Assembly: GCA_964016885.1 (NCBI GenBank)
Contig: OZ024749.1
Coordinates: forward strand, 9,548,001 to 9,612,000
Length of the DNA: 64,000 nt
Direction of reading: 5' to 3'
Source of the DNA: Eledone cirrhosa
Taxonomy: Eukaryota
Shown here: positions 12,851-26,596 of the stretch, piece by piece
Position numbering within the stretch: position 1 is the stretch's first letter
Layout of the letters: each line of letters starts with the position of its first letter
Made by a program: the position numbers and the translations under genes
The notes under the pieces: model-generated
Databases searched by the model: none
What the model saw: only the letters and a program-made list of their open reading frames with translations
What the model was told of the DNA's origin: nothing

Positions 12851-13329
12851 TTCGAACCAATGAACCTCTTAATGATAAAGTACAATCCATCATACATATA
12901 AATAATGTTCCAGTACTGTTGGTGCTGAACAGAACACATATGACACAAGACTCTCTCATTGGAATTTACACAACATCAACTAAGTAGATATCTACATACT
13001 TAACATCTATCCATTAATTATAAAATATGAATCTTATCTTTAAGAAAGATTTGGGGAAAGAAAGTCAGGTAGAGGTTAAGGGAGCACTAAACCATAATTA
13101 TGTTGTTGTTGTTTACATCTATTGAAAACATTGTTTTATTTTCTGAAATTGAAAAGTTTAAATTCTTTCAGTTTAAAATTCCTAATGTTAATCTAATTGA
13201 TAATGCAAAGGAAATATAATTATATACTTCAAGTATATACAACATGTATTTAAACTGAATGTGTACCTTATATATATATGTATATATACGTACACATATA
13301 TATATATATACGTACATATATATATATAC

Positions 13330-13360
<31 letters not shown>

Positions 13361-13650
13361 CGTACATATATATATATACGTACAAATATATATATACATA
13401 CATATTAATATATATAAATATATATACGTACATATATATATATGTGTGTGTATATAGAAATATATATATACGTACATATATATATATATGTGTATATAGA
13501 AATATATATATACGTACATATATATATATACATATTAATATATATAAATATATATACGTACATATATATGTGTGTATATATAAATATATATATGCACATA
13601 TATATATATATGTATATATATATACGTAGATGTATATATATGTGTAATAT

Positions 13651-13862
13651 ATATTTATTAAAATAACAGATTAAAGTTTAAGCAAAGAGTCGCTGCTTTC
13701 ACCCTTAACGAGAAGATCTCGTTAAGGATGAAAGCAGCGATTCTTTGCTTAAACTTTAATCTGTTATTTTAATAAATATTTGCTCTAGGGTTCTTATATA
13801 TTTGATATATATTTATCCTTATCGAGCCCTCTTTGAATTTTAGTCTTCACATTTATTATTAT

Positions 13863-13866
<4 letters not shown>
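13651..13866 (+). mobile_element. Fold-back PLE stub, same family as 27389-28690
   Basis: Arms 13651-13713/13717-13779, tail nearly identical to 28600-28690, (TA)n on both sides. Confidence 0.85.
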
Positions 13867-13936
<70 letters not shown>

Positions 13937-14026
13937 GTACATATATATATATATATGTCTATATACGTACATATATATATATATATATATATATACGTAC
14001 ATATATATATATATATGTCTATATAC

Positions 14027-14079
<53 letters not shown>

Positions 14080-14240
14080 TATATATATGTACATATATAT
14101 ATGCCTCAAATGGGACAAACCCGTCTAACCCATGCTAGCATGGAAGATAGATGTTATACAATTATGATATATACATATATATATATACATGTACATATAT
14201 ATATATGTACATATATATATATATGTACATATATATATAT

Positions 14241-15786
14241 ATCATAATTGTATAACATCTATCTTCCACGCTAGCATGGGTTAGACGGGTTTGTCCCATT
14301 TGAGGCAAGTTTGTTTGGGTGACTGTCTCACTCATATAGGACTGTTCCTGGCTGGTTTTCTACAGCTGGATCCCCTTCCTCATACCAACCACATTTACAG
14401 TGTGTGCCGGGTGCCTTTAGCCGTGACACCTACACGACCACTTTAGTGTGGGCTGGATGTTTTGTGGTACCAACATAACTTTACAGAGTAAAGGTGGTGT
14501 AGACAGAAGTGAGAGGGGGGGCTAGGAGGGTGTGGGGGTGTAGGGTGTATATTGGATTAACAGATGCCTACTGAGTGTAAGTTTAAGTCATGTGCGAGGG
14601 AAGGCGGGTCTTCTGTATAACTGCATAGCACCAAAGGTCTTGATCCAGTGTCATTGTCTTAGAGAAGTTCAAGTGCGCAAGGTCAGCTTTTATCACCTCA
14701 TTCCAGGTCTTTCTGGGTCTACCTACTCCATAGCTTCCATCAATTTTGATCACCCTGCACTTTTTTTATACAGCTGTCATGCTTCATATGCATCACATGA
14801 CTATACCAACATTAATCTCCTCTCAAGTAAACTGCATCTGATCCCTCTTATTCCTAATTTCTCAGTTCATTTAGGCTTTGCTGCTTGTGTATATTATTAT
14901 TACACATCCAATGGAGTATGCATGCTTTCTTTCCAATCCTCGCAGATCCTCTGCACACAATGCCCAGGTCTCAATACCATGTAACATTGCTGTTCGTATA
15001 CAAGTATCATACAATCTGCCTTTCATTTTTAGAGAAAAAACTTTTGTGGCCAACGGCAGTATTAGCTCTCTAAACTTTTTCCCTCCCATTCTAACTCTGG
15101 CTACTTTCAGAACACCCTCCTCCACTGTTGATTTTGTCACCCAGGTAACAGAAAGTGTTTCTCTAGAACCATCTGGGCAGTTGAAGGAGCTAGTATCCAG
15201 TGGGCACTTGCTATTTACTGCACCTGAGCATCGACCACATATAAAACCTACATTCTTTGATAGCTTGCCTATGATCCCACTACATCTTTTATGTACCCAT
15301 ATCTTGCATTTGGGACATAGAATGTAATTTCTACCTACTCATTTCCTACACACTGAGCAATGCCATTTCCCAGAGGTCACCTATGCCCTATTTTCCTTTC
15401 TACATACTAGAACTTCAGTCTGAGACAATTCAACTTTAAGGCCTTTTGATTCTAGACCATGCTGCCTGCTTTGGAATTTCTTCTGTGGTTCTGCCATAGA
15501 TTCAGTTATGAGAGTTAGATCATCTGCATATAGAAGTTCCTATGGGCAGCCAGTCTTAAACCCTTCTGTTATAGCCTGTAGGACATTAATAAACAGGCAC
15601 CTACTTTTATGCTAAATTCTTCACTATATTCATTGTTAATCCTAACCTTGCTGACTATTCCTCTATACTTGGCTTGTATAGCTCTCACAAGCCACTCATC
15701 TACTCCTAGTTTTCTAAGAGCCCACCAGATAATGGAGTAAGGGACTCTTTTCAAAGGCCTTCTCCAAGTCAACAAAAGCTAAGTAC
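14241..15786 (-). mobile_element. RTE LINE (PHD-in-RT family), degraded 3' half
   Basis: Homologous to 52139-54345. Confidence 0.85.
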
Positions 15787-15799
15787 ATATATATTGATA

Positions 15800-17690
15800 A
15801 TTAACAGTGCTGCAATCGAATGTGTCTTTTTAGCCCAGCCAATGATCTAAAGTGTCTTGCACAGAGTTGGCAACCATGATAAAAACATTCACTGGCAATA
15901 GCCGGCTGTGGTTGGTTTTCATGTACTTTTGCATGTCATTTGAGCCCTCCTGCTGATCTACACTCTCTTCCTGCCTGACAGGTATGATGAGTAGCATCTC
16001 CAACAGCAGCCTGGTAGTCAACCACTGGTCTCACTTTATGACTGCGAAGATGACTTTTGAATCCAGTTTTGCTGAGGCAGAGTCTTGCACAGATGCTGCA
16101 TGTCAGCACCAAAGGAGGACCTTTGTTGTATGGAAATGTAACAGCAATGCCTTTCCTGATATCCCTTTTTACTTTCTTGTATGCGATTTGAGATGTTTCA
16201 AAAGCATATTTCCCCTCATATAGTCTTTCTCCATTTATTACGATCAGCAGCAACATTTTCCCATGTATCAGCAGAGATGTTTACGTCTTTCAAGGAGGCT
16301 TTCAATGAATCCTTATACCTCTTTTTTGGTTTATGTGGAGGTCATTTTCCTTTAACTAACTCTCTATAAAAGAGTTGTTTTGGTATTCTAGAATCCTTCA
16401 TCTTGGCAAAGCAACCACTCCATCGGAGTCTTTGCTTAAGTACAAGAGCTTCTATGCTTTCATACAGAGAGCTTTCCAAAATCTCGACATTACTGATGTG
16501 GTCCCTCCAGTGAACGCCATGGATCCATCTGAGACACATCTGATGGAAACGTTCCAACTGTTTAATGTGGTGTCAATATGTGACCCAGGTCTCACTAGCA
16601 TAAAGAAGAGAAGAGAGCACACATGCCTTGTACACCTTTACTTTTATCTTCTTGCATATGTCTCACCAACCCCAGAGGCGCCTTATCAGCCAACAATTCA
16701 TCTATATGTTCATAATTTTCTTTAAACCAGTCTTGATGCTTTCTTTGTACTAATCCCAATACATGCCTACCTACCTCATAAACCAACATTTTAAGGGTCA
16801 GCCAATTCTCACCAATATCTGCAACATTCATTTCTTCTCGCAATGTCCTCTTCGCACTATTATCCCTAAGATGACCAGCATTGTCTTTTAGGCAGGGTAA
16901 CACCAGCAGCCCGGATTTTATCTTTTGTAATTAATTTCACTTTTGCACATAACCAGGCAGTGGTCTATCCAGCACTCAGTCCCACGAAAAACATGAACAC
17001 ACTGCACATTCCATCTGTCACGCACCCTGATAAGGATAGTCCAGAAGATGCTATTCTTAAGATGCAGGGTGCATCCATGTAGTCTTAAATGTATTCTTTT
17101 GCTGAAACATGGTGTTGGTAACACACAGGTCCAGCTTCTCACACACCTGCAACAGGAGCATACAATTGCTGTTACACTTTCCCACCCCATGCCTTCCAAT
17201 TACAGTCCAAGTGTTAAAATCCCTACCCACTATAGCATTAAAGTCATCCAGCACAATGACCTTGTCTGCCTGAGGGATATTTCTTATAATACCTTTCAAA
17301 GCATGGTAGTAAGATACTTTTTCCTCATCAACAGAATTCATAGTTGGAGCATGCACACTCACCAGGGTCGCATAACTTCCTTTGTCCAGCGGAATTCTCA
17401 TGGACATAAGACGCTCACTAATCCCCACTGGGAATTCTTCCAACTTATCCACAAGAGCGTCTTAACAGCAAATGCTACTCCAGCCTCTCTTCTAATCCCT
17501 TCATCTCTCCCTTTCCAAAAGAATGTATATTTTCCACAATATTCCGTAAAATGACCATCTCCAACTAACCTCGTCTCAGATAAAGCAACGATGTCAAGAT
17601 CATAATGATGAAGCTCCTTCGCAACAAGAGCGGTCCTTCATTCTGGAAGTTCTGAGGAATCCCTGTCAAGCAATGTCCATACATTCCAAC
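15800..17690 (-). mobile_element. RTE-BovB-like LINE with large internal deletions and a C-terminal C2H2 finger
   Basis: APE pieces (LVSVHAPT, DFNA, TTWMHP), RLRWSG..RIPKQLFY, CSICARLCLSKTGFKSHLRSH. Confidence 0.8.
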
Positions 17691-17784
17691 AGAACCAATA
17701 AAAAACATTGAATATTGGCAATCAGGGCATCCTTCTAGTAGAAAACATTACATACATACACACATAGATACATACATACATATC

Positions 17785-18240
17785 TGATCTAATGAGGAAT
17801 ATGCTGATACTCCACCCTGACTATACCTTTAGATTTATACCTGTGATTATTGAGGCTCTTGGATATGTTACTAACTGTCTCAGAATAAATCTTGAGAAGC
17901 TGGGCTTCACAGAACCAGAAAGAGCATGGCTAGTTAGAAAGCTACAAATACAGTTCATTAATGGAACTGTGAAAATATGTAAAACATTTCAGAAATTCAG
18001 CATGTAAGAACTACATATACACATGTACAGACACAGTATATGCACATGTACACATATAACTCAAAGCATAGATTCCCATTCAAACAATAATATCCATACC
18101 TACACACACAGACATGAGTACATACATACGTATTTACATAGTTGATGTTGTTTAAATTCCAATGAAATTCTTGTCTCTATGTTAGAAACCGACTTTCTCT
18201 CTATTGGTGAAGATTTATGAAATAATAAAACCAAAAGGAC
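17785..18240 (+). mobile_element. RLE-type non-LTR element 3' end
   Basis: FIPVIIEALG..GTVKICKTF C-terminal motif, flanked by (CATA)n. Confidence 0.6.
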
Positions 18241-18639
18241 ATACATACCTCTTCCACTTCCTCCTAAGCATTATACTAATACTACTTTGTTTTTTGCATC
18301 TCTGTATTAGTGTTGTCATTTCTTTAACTATATATATATATCAAATGAAAAAATGGAGTTAAAGACTCATGATAATCCCCTGTAATTTAATAAGCTGAAG
18401 ATATAAGTACCAGGCTCTTCATAATATAATATATAGAGAAGAACACACATGTGCAATTCAGTTATCTAATATTTAGAAGTGCAGTCCATATCATCTTTAC
18501 ACTTGTCAATGAGCCCTGGGATGTTATGGTTCTGACACTGTTTATGGTAAAACATTCTCTTCTTTGAGTCTGTCCAGGTGTTTTATAGTTATAAAGGTGG
18601 GTTACTGCATTTTAATTTACCTTTGCAATTATTATGTAT

Positions 18640-18761
18640 TTTCCATACATTGTTTCACCTTAGTCGGACCATCAGCTCAGTTTAAATGAGATTATAATCT
18701 CATTTAAACCAAGCTGAGGTGAAACAATTGTTCTCAGTAATTAACTGTTGTGGAATTACTC
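18640..18761. mobile_element. Degenerate fold-back hammerhead stub
   Basis: Inverted arms around 18703; minus strand ctgag-CTGATGG-tccgactaaggt-GAAAcaat; ends in (TA)n. Confidence 0.5.
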
Positions 18762-18780
18762 ATATATATATATATATATA

Positions 18781-18906
18781 GTTCGTTTTTGAATTTGTTT
18801 TGTGAAATTTCTTATCTGAAAACGTGTGTTGAAACAGATATTGTTATACTTTGAGAGGGTCATGTTGCCAATAAAAACACATACACCTGTTGGTTTTCAC
18901 TTCAAT
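18781..18906 (-). mobile_element. PLE tail fragment (family of 54510-54675)
   Basis: catgaccctctcaaagtataacaatatctgtttcaacacacg motif on the minus strand. Confidence 0.65.
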
Positions 18907-19100
18907 CTATATATAACTAAAAGTCTGTGATTGCTTGCTTGTCTGTAATGTAATACAGCCAAAAAGGTGCATAATGGGAAACTACTCTGATAGGAAATTT
19001 CCCCTGAAATGGCGATACAAATGGAATAAAACAAGTTTTGCATATAATCGGACCATGGGTTCCCGAGATATGGAGTTTTTCTAGGTACCTTCATAAACAG
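18906..19100 (+). mobile_element. Non-autonomous Helitron-like 5' end
   Basis: a|TCTATATATA start followed by a degenerate tetramer repeat. Confidence 0.45.
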
Positions 19101-19238
19101 AGAGAAAAATAGAGAGGAAGAGATAGTGGTTGTGAGAGAGCAGAATGAAAGAGAGATATAGGGAGAGGGAGAGGAGACAGAGAAGGAAAATGGAAGAGAG
19201 AGAGAGGTGGTGTTGTGTGTGTATATATATATATATGA

Positions 19239-19270
<32 letters not shown>

Positions 19271-19550
19271 GTGTATGCGTGTCTATGACCAGTGTAAATA
19301 GATTACAGACACCCACATATATATATACACACACACATATATATATATGTATACACACACAAACATTTATATATATACATACACACACTTATATATACAT
19401 ACACACACTTATATGTATATATATGGGCCTTCCAGTTTCATTTCACATTATATACATGTCTGTGAATATTTTAATTGTTTAAAAATTATTTTTAAGTGAA
19501 CATGATTTTTTTAAATATTTTGAAGTGAACATGACCCAATGGTGGTCTAG

Positions 19551-19674
19551 TTTATTACAAATTTCCAGTTGGTTGGTTGGTTGGTAAAATAACCAGAAAT
19601 TTATAATAAATTGAAGTGAAAACCAACAGGTGCATGTGTTTTTATTGGTAACATGACCCTCCCAAAGTATAACT
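19551..19674 (+). mobile_element. Fold-back PLE tail stub
   Basis: tttattacaaatttccagtt/aaccagaaatttataataaa arms plus catgaccctcccaaagtataac tail. Confidence 0.6.
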
Positions 19675-19680
19675 ATATAT

Positions 19681-21730
19681 CATCATAATCTCATCATCAT
19701 CTTCATTTAACGTCCATCTTCCACGCTAGCATGGGTTAGACGAGAGTTGTCCCACTTCAGGCAAGGCTGGTCGGGTGACCGTGTCTCGTTCATATAGGAC
19801 TATCTGGCAGGTTTTCTACAGCTGGATGCCCTTCCTAACACCAACCACATTTACAGTGTGGAACTGGGAACTTTTTACCATGTTACCTACACGGCCACAT
19901 TACAGTGTGGACTGTGTTTATTTTGTTGTGACACCTACACGATCTCGATCTCATTATCTCATCTATTTGGACTGGATGTTGTGGTAACAACTTTACAGAG
20001 AGAGGGTGGTGTTGGTGGATAGGGTAGGGGTAGTGGATTGGGGTGTATATTTGGTTAAGAGGTGCCTACTGACTGTAGGTTTCACTTTGTACATCGGCAA
20101 GGTGGATCTTCTGTATTACTGCGTAGTGCCAAAGATCTCGGTCTAGTGATATTGTCTTAGAGAGGTGCAAATGTGCAAGGTCGGAATTTATCAGATTGTC
20201 CCAGGTTTTTCTGGGTCTACCTACTCCATAACTACCATCAATTTTGATCGCCCGGCACTTTTTTATATAGCTGTCGTCTTTCATGCGCATCACGTGGCCA
20301 TACCAATGTAGTCTTCTCTCAAGTAAACAGCATCTGATCCGTCTTATACCTAATTTCTCACTTAGTTCATTTATGCTTTGCCGTTCATGTATTACACATC
20401 CAACGGAGCATGCATGCTTCGTTCCTTTCCAGTCTGTGCAGGTCCTCTGCACGCAATGCCCATGTCTCACTACCATGTAGCATTGCTGTTCGTATACAGG
20501 CATCATACAATCTGCCTTTCATTTTTAGAAAGAAACCTTTTGTGGCCAACAGTGGTATAAGCTCTCTGAACTTTTTCCATCCCGTTCTGACTCTGGCTAC
20601 TGTATTTTCAGAGCCCCCTCCACCACTGCTGATTTCATCACCCAGATAACGGAAGGTGTCCACTATTTCTATCAAACCATCTGGGCAACCTATGGGTACT
20701 TGCTACTTATTGCACCTGAGCATCGGCCTAATATAAAGTCTACGTTCTTAGATAGTTTACCTGTGATCCCACTACATCTTTTATGTACCCATAATTTGCA
20801 TTTGGGACATAAAAGGGAATTTCTGCCTACTCATTTCCTACACACTGAGCATGGCCATTTTCCTGAGGGCCCTATTTTCCTTTCTGCAAACTAGAACTTT
20901 AGTCTTAGACAAGTTAACTTTAAGGCCTTTTGATTCTAGGCCATGCTTCCATGTTTCGAATTTCTTCTCTAGTTCAGCCATAGATTTAGCTATGAGAGTT
21001 AGATCATCTGCATATAGGAGTTCCCATGGACAGCCGGTCTTGAACTCCTCTGTTATAGCCTGAGGGGCAATAATAAATAGGAGGGGGCTAAGGACAGAGC
21101 CTTGATGAACACCAATTTTTACACTAAATTCTTCACAATATTCATTGTTAATTCTAACCTTACTGAGTGTTTCTTTATACATAGCTTGTATAGCTCTCAC
21201 AAGCCATTCATCTACACCTAGTTTTCTAAGAGCCCACCAGATAATGGAGCAGGGGACTCTGTCAAAGGCTTTTTCCAGGTCTATAAAAGCTAAGTAGAGG
21301 GGCTTACTTCTAGGTACTTCTCCTGTAGTTGTCGTACAAGGAAAAGAGCATCTGTGGTACTTTTACCTGACACAAACCCAAACTGCATTTCATCTAGATC
21401 AATTCGCTCTCTGATTAGTTGCGCTATAACTCTTTCTGTGACCTTCATGACCTGCTCAACTAACTTAATGCCTCTATAGTTTCCTCTATCTCGAGCATCC
21501 CCTTTACCCTTGTAGCAGTTAATGATGATGCTGCTACACCAGTCTTTTGGTATGACCCCATTCTGTATTACTTGGTTAACTATACGGGTGACCATAGTAT
21601 GTCCCACCATTCCAGATGCCTTCAACATCTCAGCAACTATCTCTGAAGGTCCAGCTGCCTTGCCTGTCTTCATATTTTTGATTGCCTTACTTATTATACT
21701 ACCTTTAACTTCCACCGCTGGTCCTTCTAA
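19681..21730 (-). mobile_element. RTE LINE (PHD-in-RT family), frameshifted
   Basis: RT motifs [17 protein letters not shown]; 3' UTR and tail. Confidence 0.9.
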
Positions 21731-21879
21731 TATATAAATATATATGTACTTTGAAAAATAAAACCAAACACTGCTAACTATATTATATTTTAATTTACAT
21801 ATGTTTGATCCTTAATATTGAAAGCTCAATAATAAGAATCCTATCTGTTTTCGTATTTGAAAAAAAACAAATTACTTTA

Positions 21880-22700
21880 TCTATATATATAAAACAGAGG
21901 ATGTCTGTCTGTCTGTGTAAATCCCTAAAACTCGAGAAGTACCCGACCGATTTTTTTCAAACTTTACACATGCGTTACTTATATTTCTTGAAGCTAAAAT
22001 TTTGAGCCTAGGGCTCGCATTAGGTGAAAAACCGCATTTTTAGACTTTTTTGAGGCATAACTTAAAGATAATCCAGCCGATTTCCTCTAAATTTGCAGTA
22101 CACATTAGTTAGTCCCCTCGCATTGCTGTGAACAAAAAAATTTCCGATTGTTTTAATGGTTTCAAGGAAATTTATGAATTAGCATTGTGCATTACATGCT
22201 ATTTTCATTTTCAATATAAACGCTCCTTAAACATCCTAAGTAGCATATAATATTTCATTAAAAATTTGTTTTATTTAACAGAGGACACAACACTTACTTA
22301 CTTTTAAGCAGGACCATTTTTGAGGGATTGAGGAAATGAGGGGGACCTCATCACGTGCAAATCCGGGCCTTGTGTACGTTGCCGTGTTATTGACACCATA
22401 AAACTCACGTCTGTGCTACTTCTACTGAGACCCCTTTTGTTGCACCTACACCGCAGTATGAACACTCTGTGCAAGTACACTGAACAGTGGTTGTGCTAAT
22501 TCCGTGGTGACCCCTTTTGTCTCACCTTTGTTGCTGTGTAAACGCAGTGCAACCAGTGCCACCAAGCATTTGTGCTAATTGCACTATAACGCCCTTCTGC
22601 TGTAGTTGCGTTGCCATGCTGATTTCGTCATCTCAAGGAAAGAATACAAATACCAGCATGATGAAAGACGAGGGTATGTTCTGCAAGATAACACATAACT
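21880..22700 (+). mobile_element. Helitron-like non-autonomous element 5' part; right boundary uncertain
   Basis: a|TCTATATATATAAA, (GTCT)n and aaaactcgagaa..ccgattt block typical of such elements. Confidence 0.5.
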
Positions 22701-23054
22701 GAAGATACAGATGAGAGATGGAAAGAAAAACAATCTTTTCCTGAGGAAAAGATTAAGATCTGTTTCAAACATATCATCATCATCATCTAGACAATATCCA
22801 AAACATCAGAGAATTGATGATTTAGGAAAAAAAAAGATCAAATTGTCATATACTACTGGAGGAAAGATGGATAAAAAATGTAAATGTGGGGCATTCAGGT
22901 GGTTGGTGGAAAGATTCTTTAGGAACTCTCAAATATTCTTTAGGAGATCTCGAAGAAATTCTCCATTTAATTTATGTTGAGGTAAAAGTATGTAAGAACT
23001 ACAATCACCAATGGTTCCATTGACCTCCTAAGAATAAAGAACTGTTAAATTAAA

Positions 23055-23790
23055 CTACTAATAATGGTATCAAATTTAGATCTAATGATCTCATGCTTCC
23101 GGTTTCAGATTTCCAATACTCAGAGACTGAGATACTCATCCTCAAAAGGAAGCCTGCACATTGGAGTGGAGTTCCACATTGGAGTGGAGTTCCACTAAAG
23201 CAGGTGGAGATGTTCAAGTATCTTGGGTCCGTGTTCATGAGTGATGAACGGCAGGAGGTTGAATTAGGTGCAAGAATTACAGGAGCTGGTACATTACTGC
23301 ACCAGCTTCAACATTTAGTCATCAAAATAAGGGAGGTAGGTGTAAAAGCCAAACTTGCTAACTTAAATTTGATATTCCTGCTAACCGTTACCTATGGTCA
23401 TGAATCTTCGGTAATGACCGAAAGAATATGATCATGAATACAAGCAGATGATATGGGGTTCTTCCAAAGGATCTTTGGAGTAATGTTACTTGATAGACTG
23501 CATAGCTCAGAGATCAAAGAGTCTGAATTAAGAGATCACAGCTCCAATACTACAAACATGTGGTTAGAATATCTCAAGAAAGAATCGTTGGACAGGTTTT
23601 ATGAGTAAAACCAACTGGCTGGAGAGCTAGGGGTGGACCTTGAGTAAGATGGTTGGATAACATCCATAAGCTTGACTGATCTTTTTTGGGGGATACAGCC
23701 AGGTCTATTGGAGACAGTTGCTTCTGACACGACCTGCTGGAAGGAGTGTTTAAGGACTCTGCCCCCATGACCCTTCCAGCAATAGTGAGC
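23055..23790 (+). mobile_element. Old RTE-type LINE 3' fragment
   Basis: LKQVEMFKYLGSVF, TYGHES motifs. Confidence 0.7.
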
Positions 23791-24227
23791 AAAGAGGAAG
23801 AAGAAAAAAAAAAAGAGATACCTTCAGACATAGTTGGCATTAAATAAGTAAGTAAAAAAATGCATTACTAATGTATACACATACAATATATGAAGTGAGT
23901 GTACAGGATGAAGGGGGGGGGGAGTAACGTGGGGGAGGAGTAGTGGAGAGTGCAAGGAAGAAAGGTAACATTAAAAGAATCTCTAAGATAAAAGAAGAAA
24001 ATAATTAGCACTCATTTATCAATATTTCTTTTTCTTCTGTCAAATGACTTGGTAAACACTAATTACACAACTTACAGTGATTAATTATTATTTCATAGTT
24101 TATGGTTTTCTATTTTCTAAATATAATTTCTCTTAATTGCTTTTTATTTCATTGTACTTCACCTTCTCTCTCACCCTCATTGTGTTCTCTCAATCTCACA
24201 TACTCACTCTCTTGCTCACACACACAT

Positions 24228-24407
24228 ATAATGAGGGGGTTCCTAATGGGTATCAGGAGGTGACTACAGTTAAAAAAAAGGTACTCAATACTTTAGTAGA
24301 GTACAGGTATCTTTATTTTATATACAAATGACTTCTACAAAACTAGAACTTCATTTGTATGAAAGCATCAGGAAAGTCCAAAACAGTTCTAGTCTTGTAG
24401 AAAATAA

Positions 24408-24412
<5 letters not shown>
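24228..24412 (-). mobile_element. Rearranged fold-back PLE stub related to 1229-1431
   Basis: Shared aaacagttct.gtc.tgtagaa and ctctac..gtatt.agtacct..ttaactgt tail; interleaved inverted repeats. Confidence 0.55.
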
Positions 24413-24442
<30 letters not shown>

Positions 24443-24863
24443 TCCCACCCTTGCAAGCAGGAAAAGCAGACATAAAATAATGATGATGATGATATATATA
24501 TATATAAATTGCTTTTAGTGTATCTATCTATATATAACAACAAAAATGGACTGTGTTTACAGTGATTTTTTTTTGCCTTTGGGATTTCTGCATTTTCTAA
24601 GAATTTCAAAACTACCCAACATTTCGATAGTTTTATATAGAATGTTGTTTACATCTAAAGATGTTTGCATAGCTATATAATTCAGATGGAATCAGTTATC
24701 AGAACTTGTTTAGCTCAATGTTTGAAGCACCACAGTATTTGGGAGATTCTTCATAGTGCTGTTTCTCACTTTTTCTATCCACAGGGGAATTTTACTTCAT
24801 TGTTTATAGCAATTAACTATGGTTACACTTATTTTCTGCATTTGTGATTTCTACATTTTCTAA

Positions 24864-24898
<35 letters not shown>

Positions 24899-25436
24899 TA
24901 GATATATAAAGAGAGAGAGAGGGGGAAACACACTAGAGAGAGTGTGTATGTTTATCAAGTTACAGGGAATACCATTAGCGTAAGGAACCTATAAACTAAT
25001 AATGGAAGAACCCAGCTTTATAACAATATATCACACACATACAAACTAAGAGAGAATGTTTCGCCAGAAAATCAGTTTTGGGATTGAATTCACCTAGGTT
25101 CATTAGCATGTGGTAACTGAATACATTCCAATTAACTTTAAGAGAACTTAAAGTAACTGCCTTGTAACATGTGAGAGAAGGAAATGCGTGTATGAGACAA
25201 TAGACCAGTGGTTTGAGTGGGATGAACCAGTAGAAATGGCAGACCAAAACCACTCAAATTAAGGTGCTTGACAAAACAGAGAGAGAGAAAACCATTTTTA
25301 GGAGCAATATATCAAAATATTTGAAGAGCCCAGGATTCTTTTTCCTTTGAGCTCATGAATTACAGGGACTAACATGTGTTTCTGACTCCATTACTTCATT
25401 TTCTACATTGATGCAAATTTACTTTAGTTGAACAAT

Positions 25437-26405
25437 CGAAATGGAGTCTAGCGATCAAAAGTCTGTAATGTAGTACAGTGATAAGAAGGTAGCTTGGAAG
25501 TGTCACTACGAGAGACCACTGAATGAGGAGAATGAATGGAATAAAGATAGTCTGCCCCACATCAATCCAACAGAAGGACCAGCTGTGCAAGTTAATGGTA
25601 GTGTAGTAAGTTATTCAATCAAAAATATGAAGACAGGCAAGGCAGTTGGACCTTCGGGTATAGTTGCTGAGATGTTGAAGGTATCTGGAATGGTGGGACA
25701 TACTATGGTCACTCAGATAGTAAACCAAGTAATACAGAAAGGGGTCATACCAAATGACTGGATTGGTAGCATCATCGTCAACTGTTACAAGGGCAAAGGA
25801 GATGCCCTGGATAGAGGAAACTATAGGGGCATTAAATTAGTTGACCAAGTCATGAAAGTCACAGAAAGTGACCAAATTGATCTAGATGAAATGCAGTTTG
25901 GGTTTGTGCCAGGTAAAAGTACCATGGATACTCTTTTCCTTGTATGGCAATTACAGGAGAAGTACCTATCTAACAGTAAACCCCTCTACTTAGCTTTTGT
26001 TGACCTGGAGAGAGCCTTTGACAGAGTCCCACGCACCTTAATCTGGTGGGCTCTTATTAAACTAGGTGTGGAAGAATGGCTTGTGATCAAGATCTTTGGT
26101 GCCATGCATACAAACCTAGTCAGTAGGCACCTCTTAACCCAATGTACACCTCACCCCACACACCCTACCCTATCCTCCCTTTCCCATTCCATCCACTGTA
26201 TCGATGACACAACAGTCCACACTGTAAGGTGGCCATGTAGGAGACACGGTAAAAAGGCTCCCAGTCCACACTGTAAATGTGGTTGGTGTAAGGAAGGGCA
26301 TCCAGCTGTTAATAAACCTGCCAGAGACACTTCCGCATCAAATGGAACAAAACCGTCTAACCCATGCCAGCATGGAAGATGGACGTTAAACGATGATGAT
26401 GATGA
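25437..26405 (+). mobile_element. RTE LINE (PHD family) with internal deletion joining the RT N-terminal part to the 3' UTR
   Basis: ORF 25585-26442 matches 52781-54187 up to LGVEEWLV, then switches to UTR. Confidence 0.85.
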
Positions 26406-26423
26406 AGATATATATATATATAC

Positions 26424-26596
26424 TCATTTTTATTATAGCTAAATAGTGAGTCTTGTTACTCTGGAGTTTCACCTGCTTCGCCTGTGAAAAGCAGGTGAAA
26501 CTCAGAGTAACAAGACTCACTATTTAGCCATAATAAAAATGAATGTTTAAGCTCTACTTCAATATTGAGTACTCTTTTCTCTTTACCATCAACTAC
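26424..26596 (+). mobile_element. Fold-back PLE stub with hammerhead 3' half
   Basis: Arms 26424-26478/26489-26542; cctg..cagg-t-GAAA-ctcagag-TA; TA flanks. Confidence 0.75.

Noticed and set aside
13188-14138. YIYI/CVCV-type ORFs here and at many other TA/CA arrays
   Set aside because: Translations of stop-free microsatellites
18165-18200. Hammerhead-like ccaatgaa..gaaaccg in the RLE element 3' UTR
   Set aside because: Core and stems too degenerate to support
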